Below, piece by piece: positions 8,441-16,530 of a DNA stretch of 20,000 nt. The stretch is from an uncultured virus (IMG/VR IMGVR_UViG_3300006120_000018) (lineage: Duplodnaviria; Heunggongvirae; Uroviricota; Caudoviricetes). The stretch is taken from IMG/VR virus record IMGVR_UViG_3300006120_000018. One strand, given 5' to 3'. How positions within the stretch are numbered: the first letter of the stretch is position 1; each line of letters opens with the position of its first letter. The notes under the pieces are model-generated. The model had not been told where the DNA came from, ran no database searches, and saw nothing but the letters and a program-made list of their open reading frames with translations. Position numbers and translations under genes: made by a program.

Positions 8441-8786
8441 GATATTTATCTCCTACGATTCTGATATTTTCTAATGGAAGGTTTTTTAATTTTTCTTCTA
8501 TATTTTTAATAGAAAATACATCATTACCTACCTTATATGATGTATCTACTGATGTATCTGTAATAATACCACGTTTAACTTTGTCGGTAATATCATTAGT
8601 TGTGATGATACTCAATTTTTCTAAATATTCACAATATCTGTTATGTGTGTGTATATTATCAGGAACTTTATTATATCCATAAATCATTCCTTTTATTCCA
8701 TATTGCATTGCTTGTTTTACTCGATCAATTATACTAAATTTGTGTTTCTTCATATTTTTATTTATATCTTTTATGTTATTTTTCAA
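8433..8786 (-). CDS. Hypothetical protein, paralogue of 7964-8440 (start uncertain)
   Basis: TTG start in the ORF track; an internal ATG (MKKHKF) is an alternative start; 8-bp overlap with the downstream gene. Confidence 0.65.
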   Translation of the reverse strand: MKNNIKDINKNMKKHKFSIIDRVKQAMQYGIKGMIYGYNKVPDNIHTHNRYCEYLEKLSIITTNDITDKVKRGIITDTSVDTSYKVGNDVFSIKNIEEKLKNLPLENIRIVGDKYHV

Positions 8787-8822
8787 CTAGATCGTGAAAA
8801 ATTCCCTTCCATCCACATTTAC

Positions 8823-8871
8823 AATATTGAGGTAAGAAAGCCCACTGATCTTCAGTCAGTGGGTAGTTCAC
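8823..8871 (+). mobile_element. 49-bp non-autonomous IS200/IS605-family relic (single-hairpin LE/RE hybrid, PATE-like)
   Basis: TTAC (8819-8822) | 14 nt | AAAG | CCCACTGA-tcttcag-TCAGTGGG hairpin | TAGTTCAC. A GC-richer island in AT-rich DNA, with IS608-type left-end layout 5' and a typical ..TCAC right end 3'. Confidence 0.7.
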
Positions 8872-9539
8872 CATAATGTATAATCCGTTATGTTTTTTGT
8901 GTCTCCCGTTACCTTATTTAGAATTTCGGTTGACATTCCTATTCCATTAAGTTCAAATTGAAACTTAAAATTTATATCACCAAAAGTTTTATTGTATTTC
9001 TCACATTGTTCTTTTTTAAATTTTAAAAAGGCGTTCACTTCGGTATCCGATAATTTAAAATTGTATGGGTGAAGAATCGGAAGTTCCTTTGTATTTAATG
9101 TTATACCCTTTTTGTCCGTGCTTCCAAATCCTTTTTCGCCACGATTTGTTAGTTCCAATTCTTCAACTTCTTCAAATTCTGCATCATAGTGTTTCTCAAA
9201 TATTATTTGTGCAATTTTATCTCCTTTTTTAACTCCTAATGTTTTATTATTATCAGTGTTTAATAATATTGCACCTATATCTCCAGTATAATCTGAATCG
9301 ATAACCCCTGCAAGCACCGAAATTCCAACTTTATATGCTAATCCACTTCTTCCTGCTATCCGTCCATAATATCCTTTTGGGAGTTTTAATGATATATTGG
9401 TTTTGAATAGATGTCTTTCCCCTGTATCTAGTATATAATCCTCTGTAGAGTAAAGATCATATCCTGCTGCATGATCCGTACCTTTAGTTGGAATGATTGC
9501 AAGGTCGCTTAATTTTTTGACTTGTATTTTAAGATTCAT
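8868..9539 (-). CDS. dut: Trimeric dUTPase fused to an extra C-terminal domain of about 80 aa
   Basis: All five motifs present: AGYDL, GRSG, GVIDSDYTG, IAQ, RGEKGFGST; extension ending ...GIG...NITDYTLW. Confidence 0.95.
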   Translation of the reverse strand: MNLKIQVKKLSDLAIIPTKGTDHAAGYDLYSTEDYILDTGERHLFKTNISLKLPKGYYGRIAGRSGLAYKVGISVLAGVIDSDYTGDIGAILLNTDNNKTLGVKKGDKIAQIIFEKHYDAEFEEVEELELTNRGEKGFGSTDKKGITLNTKELPILHPYNFKLSDTEVNAFLKFKKEQCEKYNKTFGDINFKFQFELNGIGMSTEILNKVTGDTKNITDYTLW

Positions 9540-9545
9540 TGTTAT

Positions 9546-9573
9546 ATTTTAACATAAAATCTTGAAATATCAA
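9546..9573 (-). promoter_or_regulatory. Sigma70-like promoter TTGATA-N16-TAAAAT with extended TG
   Basis: -10 ends 6 nt before the dut ATG (9539). Confidence 0.6.
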
Positions 9574-9574
9574 A

Positions 9575-10843
9575 TTATGATAAGAATTTTCTATAAAGGT
9601 TATCAAATTTACTGATAGATTCTGGTATTTCGGATTTTGTTTCTCTAGTTGCAAATTCGTTAATATGATCAATAATAATGGATGCAGTATCTTTAATTGC
9701 AGATTCGTGTTGTGTGATATGTTCAGGATCGATTTTCCATAATGCCATATATTTGTGTGTATGTTCCGCTGGTAAATCAAATTCCCTTAATACTACATTA
9801 GCAACTCCTTCTGCTTGTAATTCTTTAACTAGTGAGGATAATGATGCTCTATCTTCTTTACTATGCATTAATTCATGAGCAATTTCATGTATCATTGTAG
9901 ATATATTTTCTTGTAATAATGCAATACTTCCTCCCATGCTTACTCCTCTAGCTCCTGGGTGACCAACATTACCAATTTCTACTTTAATGTTTTTGGATTT
10001 TGCTAAATCTAATAATGCATCAAATATGACTTTGGTTTTTTCATTGGTATTTTCATCGCTATACCATTTTGGAGTTTCTGGTATTTCCTTTGCTTTTCCC
10101 TCGATTGGTTCCGTTTGTGAAATGTCAAATACTGGAACTAATTTAAATTTAGCATAGTTTCTTAGATCATTGCTAGTTTGAGGTTGTGGATCAGTATCTT
10201 CTAATTCTTCTTTATCTTTTTTCTTGCTGATTGGGATGTAGATGTATATTCCTTTTTCTCCAGCTTTGAGTCTTCTTCCAAATTCTGTTTCCCACTGTTT
10301 TCTGCCTTTGATATGAGTTGCATCAGGCTTTTGCATGAAAATTAAAATTGTATTATATAAAGAATATTTTCGGAACTTCTTTTTGAAATCCATAAAGTCT
10401 TTAACCTCTTTACTTTGTGCAGCTTCAGATACTTTAGATTTTAATTCATTAATAAAGTTTGATATTCTTTCGCTAAATCCTACATCGCCATATTCTTCAA
10501 TTTCTTCTGCTTTTGTAATAATATAATCCAATTTATTAATATCATTGAGTGCTTTTTGGAATATTGGAATTTGTTTTTCAAAATCTTCTAAATTATATTT
10601 TTCTGTGGATACCCATTTTCTGGTATTTGTTCTATCAAAATAAAATAGCCCTGATCCTTTTATTAACTCTCTTTTAATAAAGGTTTCGTTATTTCCTTTT
10701 GCGACATCAGGATTATCACTAGTTACTACAAATGAATATTCATCATTAGGCAAACTTCTTTTCTTAAGAATTAAATTTTCTCCAAATAAAGATGTTTCTT
10801 CTTCGTCTAATATTCTACTTAATACATCATCAAATTTACTCAT
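9575..10843 (-). CDS. ArdC-like N-terminal ssDNA-binding domain plus zincin metallopeptidase (antirestriction/polyvalent-type protein)
   Basis: F.KYSLYNTILI.MQ.PDAT.IKGRKQW...GR.LKAGEKGI.I..P...F..VPVFDISQTE (ArdC-N); HEIAHELMH...ELQAE (zincin); extra N-terminal region of about 140 aa. Confidence 0.85.
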   Translation of the reverse strand: MSKFDDVLSRILDEEETSLFGENLILKKRSLPNDEYSFVVTSDNPDVAKGNNETFIKRELIKGSGLFYFDRTNTRKWVSTEKYNLEDFEKQIPIFQKALNDINKLDYIITKAEEIEEYGDVGFSERISNFINELKSKVSEAAQSKEVKDFMDFKKKFRKYSLYNTILIFMQKPDATHIKGRKQWETEFGRRLKAGEKGIYIYIPISKKKDKEELEDTDPQPQTSNDLRNYAKFKLVPVFDISQTEPIEGKAKEIPETPKWYSDENTNEKTKVIFDALLDLAKSKNIKVEIGNVGHPGARGVSMGGSIALLQENISTMIHEIAHELMHSKEDRASLSSLVKELQAEGVANVVLREFDLPAEHTHKYMALWKIDPEHITQHESAIKDTASIIIDHINEFATRETKSEIPESISKFDNLYRKFLS

Positions 10844-11246
10844 AATGTGGTGCGTCTTGTATTTGTGATCCTTTTTCGTTTTCTAAATATATAATCAATA
10901 CACCATCCGTTTCATCAATATAATGATCAAACATTGCTTGGGCGACATGTTCAGCATTTTTATGATCATGAACTTCAACACTTTCTAATGGGGTAAATTG
11001 AGTGTAATACCATCCACCTTCTTCATGCCCACCAAATTCTCTAGTTTTGTCGTATGCAGTTACAAATAATGGAAAATTTATATTATCGCTATCTTCATCA
11101 ACTACGTAATCAAGATGTGCCGTGTTTTCAAAATCTTGTTGTTTTTTATTTGGGTATCCTTGTCCGTGAGGCATACCAGTATCTTCTTTTATAGTAAGAA
11201 TTTTTTCGTATGCTTCTTGTAGTAAATCAATATCAGTTTTTTTCAT
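10836..11246 (-). CDS. Hypothetical acidic phage protein with FGGxEEGGWYY motif
   Basis: YDKTREFGGHEEGGWYY and C-terminal PHYE; leader MKKTDIDLLQEAYEKILTIKED; 8-bp overlap with the ArdC-like gene. Confidence 0.75.
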   Translation of the reverse strand: MKKTDIDLLQEAYEKILTIKEDTGMPHGQGYPNKKQQDFENTAHLDYVVDEDSDNINFPLFVTAYDKTREFGGHEEGGWYYTQFTPLESVEVHDHKNAEHVAQAMFDHYIDETDGVLIIYLENEKGSQIQDAPHYE

Positions 11247-11252
11247 AATAAA

Positions 11253-12014
11253 TTAATTGTTTAGTGGTTCTTTGTTTTCAGAGTGAAATTCTATGACATC
11301 ACCATTTAATTTTACACCACCTATTTTGTGGGTGCTAAGATCGTATGAAGTTAATCCACCACGAAGTTGTTCTTTTAGTTTGTGTTGGATTATTCTTTTT
11401 GCTCTAGCTATGTGTGCCTTATCTCCTCCTCTTGGCGAACCATCTTTATTAACAGATAATGCATAAGGATCGGATTTTGGTTTTTCTTCTCCAGGAGCAA
11501 CAATTTCTGCTTTTCCTGTAACTTGTCCCATGATATTAATACAATCTTTTTCAGTATTATATCTCATTCCTTTACCGATATTTACATATACACTAGGTTT
11601 ATCTTCATCAGGATTGAATGGTTTTGTAAGCCCACTTAACATTTCAGCTTTTGCGAGTTCTTCCCATTTATCTTCGGGTGTATATGCTTCGATAACTGCT
11701 TTGTTATGATCTTTTATGTTTCCGTAATTAATACCTAAATTTACTTTATATATTTTAGTTGGTCCGTTTGGTTCTGCGCCCTTTCTAATTTGGTCAGTAG
11801 TCATTGTTCCATTAGTTTTGTATATAAATGAAGCAAATCTAGCACCTTTCGATAAAAACTCTTTTAATTTATCATATAACTGTTCGTTTTCCGGTTTTTC
11901 TTCGGTTGGGAATACGGGTTCATTATTTGTTGGACTGTGTGTTACTTCAGGAGCATTGGAAGTTATAGGTTCTAAATCTTCCATAACTAATTTAAATAAA
12001 TCATCAAATTTCAT
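11253..12014 (-). CDS. Hypothetical protein (about 253 aa); start revised to ATG 12014
   Basis: MKFDDLFKLVMED leader; TAAATA-TAAGTA lies directly upstream of 12014, inside the ORF-track extension to 12044. Confidence 0.8.
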   Translation of the reverse strand: MKFDDLFKLVMEDLEPITSNAPEVTHSPTNNEPVFPTEEKPENEQLYDKLKEFLSKGARFASFIYKTNGTMTTDQIRKGAEPNGPTKIYKVNLGINYGNIKDHNKAVIEAYTPEDKWEELAKAEMLSGLTKPFNPDEDKPSVYVNIGKGMRYNTEKDCINIMGQVTGKAEIVAPGEEKPKSDPYALSVNKDGSPRGGDKAHIARAKRIIQHKLKEQLRGGLTSYDLSTHKIGGVKLNGDVIEFHSENKEPLNN

Positions 12015-12045
12015 AATATACTTATATTTATCTGTATATGACAAA

Positions 12046-14991
12046 TTAAATCATTAAAACCCCATCCAAACTAACATCCAATTCGTTACGAGTTGTGAAT
12101 TTTTTAAATGATGTTATCTTAGCTTCTTTTAAATCTTCTTTTGGTATAGTAGTTCCCAAGGTTTTTTTAATAGAAGCTTCCATAGATTTATCGATTTCTG
12201 CTAATTCTCTTTGTGCTTGAAGTATTTTTTGTAGTTCAGGAGAATCTTCGCCTTTTTGGTTTTGGAATATTTCTCTATATGTCTGTATTATTTTAGCTAA
12301 TTCTTTCTTCTTTTCTACTTTATCATACAATTCAGAATCCAATCCGGTATTGAGAATGTATATCACTTCAATGTCTTGATTTGTATTAATACGGAAAATA
12401 CGACCTTCGCTTTGTTCTACTGCTTCAGGTGTCCAATCATAATCATTTACTATCATTGTTTTGAACGTATTTGGGAAGGATATACCAGTACCACCCATCT
12501 TCATACTCATCACAAGTGCTTTAACATTAGGATTTAACGCAGATTCTTTCACCTTATTTCTATCTTTCTTTGATGTAGAACTTAAGAATGTTAATACTTT
12601 CCAAGAAGGGTTGATTTTTTCAAGGGTGTTTCTTAATTTTTCGGTAATTTCTTCTCCAGCTTTTATGAAATTTGTGAATATTAGAACTTTACTTGCTGCA
12701 TAATCATTTTCTGGTTTGTCTTTATTTTCAAATATTTTAGCGACAGCAGTTTCCACCGTTTCGTCTGCTTTAAACTTCGCCACAATTTCACGATATGCTA
12801 TTAATTGTGAAATTGCTAAATCGCTATCTTTATATGATTTTAATTTTTCTTTATATTCTTTATTAAACTCTGTCTGTTTATTTGCTATGACACTTTTAAT
12901 ATCCTTATTGATTTCCATATTAGGCATATCTTCTCCCTTTTGCTGCCTCATGTCTTTTTTAGTGTGCCTGATATATACTCCTGATAAATTTAGCCATTTG
13001 TTTAATCTTTCTGCTGCTAATATACGATCATCAAATGTTCCTTCTACATATGCTCCACCATAACCTTCAGGAACCATACCCGCAAATTCTTTCTTGAATG
13101 TTCCTTCTTTAATTCTACCAAGAGGATGCCCCAACATTGCTAATTGATTCCTTACATCCAATGGTGTATTTGATGATACTGTTGCTGTTGCTCCCCACTT
13201 TATAGGTATTGTCGCTGCAACCTTTTCGATATTTTGTGAACGCTTAGATTTGCTGTGTTTAATCTTGTGTAATTCGTCCAAAATTAAAACACCAAATTTT
13301 TCGTTTTCCAATATCTTAACATTAGTTTCTAAACTCTTTCCTGATGAAAAATTGTCGTAATAAATAACTGTCCATTTCTTAGGATTTGTGGGATCAATAG
13401 AAATTTCTTTGCGTTCATCTTCTCCCATAATACTAACAATTTCATCCACAAATTGTTTCTGGACGTTTTTTAATGTTACTATTAAGGTTTTTTGGTTTTT
13501 CTCTTTCATTAATAATTCCGCAGCATAAATTAATTGCACGGTTTTACCACCACCAGTTTCAGAACCAAGAATTGCATATTTTCTATCATATAAGAAACGA
13601 ACGCCTTCACGTTGCAAGCTGTACAATTCGAAAATACTATTTGGAAATTCCTTCTCTATTGCTTCGTCGATTGCTTGTTGTGTTTTTAACTTAATTTGTC
13701 TAGGTATAATTGCACTTTCATCACGTTTCTTTAATACAATCTTCCTTAAATTGTCAACATCATAGCCGTTTGCTTTTAATATCTGTCCAAATTTTATATA
13801 TTGGTCATAATCTCCCGCAATCTGATAATCGTATGTTTGTGCTCTCCATATATAATCAGGGAACATAAATTTTACCGTTTGTTTAACAAATGTTTTATCT
13901 TCTGGTGATAATGTTCTCCAACCGACTTTTACAATCATTGAATTTCCGCCAATATCCTCAAATTGTAATGAATTGTTTAATGTATCATTTCCTGATGTTA
14001 CTTCTGTTGCAGGTTGTTTTGCGAAATATTCATCTAATTCTGTTGTATCTAATGGTGATAACGCAGGTTTTATTTTTTCGTAATCTTCCTTGTTTGTGCT
14101 TAATACATATTCTGAAATTCCATCTGTTCCGTATCCAGCATAATTCAATATTTTGGGAGTAAATCCCTTATCTTTTAATGAGAAAAATAAACTTTTTGAT
14201 ACTTGAGAATTTTTTCCAAGTTTGATACGTAGTTTTTTACCATATACGGTATCTTCTTCCTTAACTATTTCTATCTTTGAATTTGTTGTAGGTTGACTTT
14301 CGTTTCCTTCATCGCCAATTTTCACCACTTCTATATTGGGAAACACTGTCTCTAGTATTTTTGGTATTAAAACGGGATCAACAAAATATGTATCGATATT
14401 TCCTTTATCTTGTGAGAATTTTTTGAATCTTGGATATCCAAAATTTCCATATGAATCTTGTTCTTTTTGTGCGCCTTCTTCTTCAAATTGTGCATCTATA
14501 ACCTTATTGATCTTCATTTTAGTTGAACGATCAAGGTCTTTTGGAAATGCCACAGATATTTTACCATAAGATTTTTTAGTATAATCTATTATGATTTTAT
14601 CTCCTACACCTTCTGGTTTATCATTTAAAACTGGAGAATCTTCTCTTTGTTTTGCCCTAATTGTTTCATCAACTTTAGATTTTAGTTGGAAATATTCAGG
14701 AAATTGGGTGTTTCTGTATGCTCCCAATACGTTTATCATTCGTATTGCAAGCGGAATGGGAATTTCTGGAGTATCTAATTCTCCGTTTCTGATAACATTT
14801 GTAGCCCAAGTATAATCACCACCATTAAATCCCCAATCATTCTTTTCAACAGGAGCACCACGCCCATGCATATCCATTATTGCTGCTTTTAATTCTTCAA
14901 TAGCTTCTCCACCAACCATTCCTTGATCTTCTTGGATTCTATAAATGGAGTTATAAGCATCTAATAATAAGGTTTTTTCTAGTAATGACAT
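12046..14991 (-). CDS. SWI2/SNF2-family SF2 helicase/ATPase with long N-terminal extension
   Basis: LYSLQREGVRFL (Q motif), ETGGGKT (Walker A), LILDELH (Walker B), GATAT, GGTGI, DYDWTP...QSEGRIFRI (motif VI). Confidence 0.92.
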   Translation of the reverse strand: MSLLEKTLLLDAYNSIYRIQEDQGMVGGEAIEELKAAIMDMHGRGAPVEKNDWGFNGGDYTWATNVIRNGELDTPEIPIPLAIRMINVLGAYRNTQFPEYFQLKSKVDETIRAKQREDSPVLNDKPEGVGDKIIIDYTKKSYGKISVAFPKDLDRSTKMKINKVIDAQFEEEGAQKEQDSYGNFGYPRFKKFSQDKGNIDTYFVDPVLIPKILETVFPNIEVVKIGDEGNESQPTTNSKIEIVKEEDTVYGKKLRIKLGKNSQVSKSLFFSLKDKGFTPKILNYAGYGTDGISEYVLSTNKEDYEKIKPALSPLDTTELDEYFAKQPATEVTSGNDTLNNSLQFEDIGGNSMIVKVGWRTLSPEDKTFVKQTVKFMFPDYIWRAQTYDYQIAGDYDQYIKFGQILKANGYDVDNLRKIVLKKRDESAIIPRQIKLKTQQAIDEAIEKEFPNSIFELYSLQREGVRFLYDRKYAILGSETGGGKTVQLIYAAELLMKEKNQKTLIVTLKNVQKQFVDEIVSIMGEDERKEISIDPTNPKKWTVIYYDNFSSGKSLETNVKILENEKFGVLILDELHKIKHSKSKRSQNIEKVAATIPIKWGATATVSSNTPLDVRNQLAMLGHPLGRIKEGTFKKEFAGMVPEGYGGAYVEGTFDDRILAAERLNKWLNLSGVYIRHTKKDMRQQKGEDMPNMEINKDIKSVIANKQTEFNKEYKEKLKSYKDSDLAISQLIAYREIVAKFKADETVETAVAKIFENKDKPENDYAASKVLIFTNFIKAGEEITEKLRNTLEKINPSWKVLTFLSSTSKKDRNKVKESALNPNVKALVMSMKMGGTGISFPNTFKTMIVNDYDWTPEAVEQSEGRIFRINTNQDIEVIYILNTGLDSELYDKVEKKKELAKIIQTYREIFQNQKGEDSPELQKILQAQRELAEIDKSMEASIKKTLGTTIPKEDLKEAKITSFKKFTTRNELDVSLDGVLMI

Positions 14992-14995
14992 GATA

Positions 14996-15005
14996 TACTT
15001 ATTTA
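14996..15005 (-). promoter_or_regulatory. Late-promoter-like motif TAAATAAGTA heading the SNF2-ArdC operon (representative of about 13 copies)
   Basis: TAA(A/G)TA within about 15 nt of starts at 1054, 1151, 3226, 3455, 4150, 4974, 7524, 7732, 12014, 14991, 18255, 19167 and 19430; resembles the T4 gp55-dependent TATAAATA. Confidence 0.6.
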
Positions 15006-15015
15006 TGTATATCTT

Positions 15016-15786
15016 CTACTCTTTTATGTAGTTTGGTAAATCGTTCAACTCTTTTGGTAATATTTCACGATTTATCATTTCTTCCATATGAATCAATGCC
15101 ATAATATTAAACATTGCTTGTCCTGCGTGGTCTTCATCCTTTTTACCTTCTAAATATTGATCGATATGTCTTTTAGCAGAATCTATTAAACGAGACATAT
15201 TCATTCCTAATTCCCAATTTCTTGATGAATATTTTAATGCACCCTTTTCTAAGACTATTGCTAATCTTCTAGTTGCAATGGGACTAATTAGATCATATCT
15301 ACCTTTTCCTTCTGAAGTGTCTCTAATTGCACCAGTAGAAAATTCTTGTCTTTTTCCAGAATCTTTTAAGACAAATGGATCATCCTTAGATTTACTATGT
15401 ATTTCTTTTTCTTTAGGTTCGTCTTTTCTTGCTTTTATATCTTCAAATTTTAATTCTTTCATATCTGTATAATCATCATTTAATTCATATACGGGGATAC
15501 TACATTCGATAGCAACTTTAACTTCCAATTTTGCACCCTTAGATTTTTCCCATCCTTTTAATAACACCACACCATCACTATTCATCACTTCAGGTAAATC
15601 TATCTGCATGTAGTGTTTAAACGGCTTCTGTGGGTCTTTATCAGGGTCAAATCCATCTTTTATATCAAACTCTGCTGGACTAAAAACATCATGCCCTTGT
15701 TCTCTGAGTTTCTTTGCAGCTTTATCAAATTCTGGAAAGTTATAAGATTGATACCCTGCCATTGGACCCGCTAAATAGTATTTCAT
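15016..15786 (-). CDS. Fusion of DUF4406 (nucleoside 2-deoxyribosyltransferase-like) and DUF5664 (dATP/dGTP diphosphohydrolase-like) domains
   Basis: N-terminal YLAGPMAGY..YNFPEF...LKGWEKSKGAKLE; C-terminal FSTGAIRD..GKGRYDLI...GALKYS.RNWELG...SAKRH...EDH..A.FN. Confidence 0.85.
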   Translation of the reverse strand: MKYYLAGPMAGYQSYNFPEFDKAAKKLREQGHDVFSPAEFDIKDGFDPDKDPQKPFKHYMQIDLPEVMNSDGVVLLKGWEKSKGAKLEVKVAIECSIPVYELNDDYTDMKELKFEDIKARKDEPKEKEIHSKSKDDPFVLKDSGKRQEFSTGAIRDTSEGKGRYDLISPIATRRLAIVLEKGALKYSSRNWELGMNMSRLIDSAKRHIDQYLEGKKDEDHAGQAMFNIMALIHMEEMINREILPKELNDLPNYIKE

Positions 15787-15793
15787 ATGTGAT

Positions 15794-15821
15794 ATATTAA
15801 CACAAATTAAAATACTTTCAA
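15794..15821 (-). promoter_or_regulatory. Sigma70-like promoter TTGAAA-N16-TAATAT with extended TG
   Basis: -10 ends 7 nt before ATG 15786. Confidence 0.6.
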
Positions 15822-15840
15822 GTTTGTGAATATATTTTTA

Positions 15841-16410
15841 TTATAAATCTGCTTTTGTTATTTTTCCTAATAGTTTTCCGTTACTATGCAAATCAGTTAC
15901 TATATCAGATAATGTTTTATTTTTTAATGTATTATCTTGCAATTTATAAAACTTCATTCTTGCAGTTCCTTTCTGTAATTTATCTAGTGTGATTCTTTGC
16001 ACAGGAAATATTGCTGATAATAATCCCCAAATATCTGATTTAACATGAAACATTGAAATTTCTACTGTTCCATATAATGATCGAAATACCACATTTTTAC
16101 AATATTTCATGGTTTCTTCTATATGAATAGGATTTAATACTTCGTTTATTATACTAAAAGCATATTCTCCTGATGATTTCTTTACTAAAATTACTGAAAT
16201 CGGCTTAACATCTTTCGCTACTCCAAATTCTTCTATTTCATCTTTAATTGGTATTTTAAATCCGACTATATCACTAATCTGATGTGCCTTTGCTACGAAT
16301 CTATACCCATGACTCTCAGTGAATTCTCCAATAGATATAAAATATACGTGAATCATTTCATGTATTAGAACGGCATCCAAAGCTTGTTCAGAACGTTTTA
16401 ATATATTAGA
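15841..16410 (-). pseudogene. 5'-truncated SprT-like zincin metalloprotease gene
   Basis: SNILKRSEQALDAVLIHEMIH...HGYRF SprT motif starts at the IS607 right end; the frame is closed by a TAA inside tnpB, and the expected SprT N-terminus is missing. Confidence 0.7.
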
Positions 16411-16530
16411 GTTAGATAAAATATAGAATTTTATCCTTTTTGTATGGAATGAGGGACTTTAAGCTCCTCACCTTCAAATGTAAAAACTCCATTCGGTTTC
16501 CAAAAGAAACCTTTTTTGAGATTCAACCTT
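16411..16530 (-). ncRNA. Putative TnpB omega/reRNA scaffold overlapping the tnpB 3' end
   Basis: Clustered hairpins: GGTTTC/GAAACC (16495-16511), TGAGG..CCTCA, and terminal GATAAAAT/ATTTTATC (16415-16435) followed by TAAC. This is where the guide RNA scaffold usually lies. 5' limit is a guess. Confidence 0.45.

Noticed and set aside
8776..8874. 32-aa minus-strand ORF MVNYPLTEDQWAFLPQYCKCGWKGIFHDLVEK
   Set aside because: Half of it derives from the IS relic; treated as a chimeric remnant, not a supported gene.
12015..12044. ORF-track start at 12044
   Set aside because: The extension contains the TAAATA/TAAGTA motif; ATG 12014 gives the shared leader.
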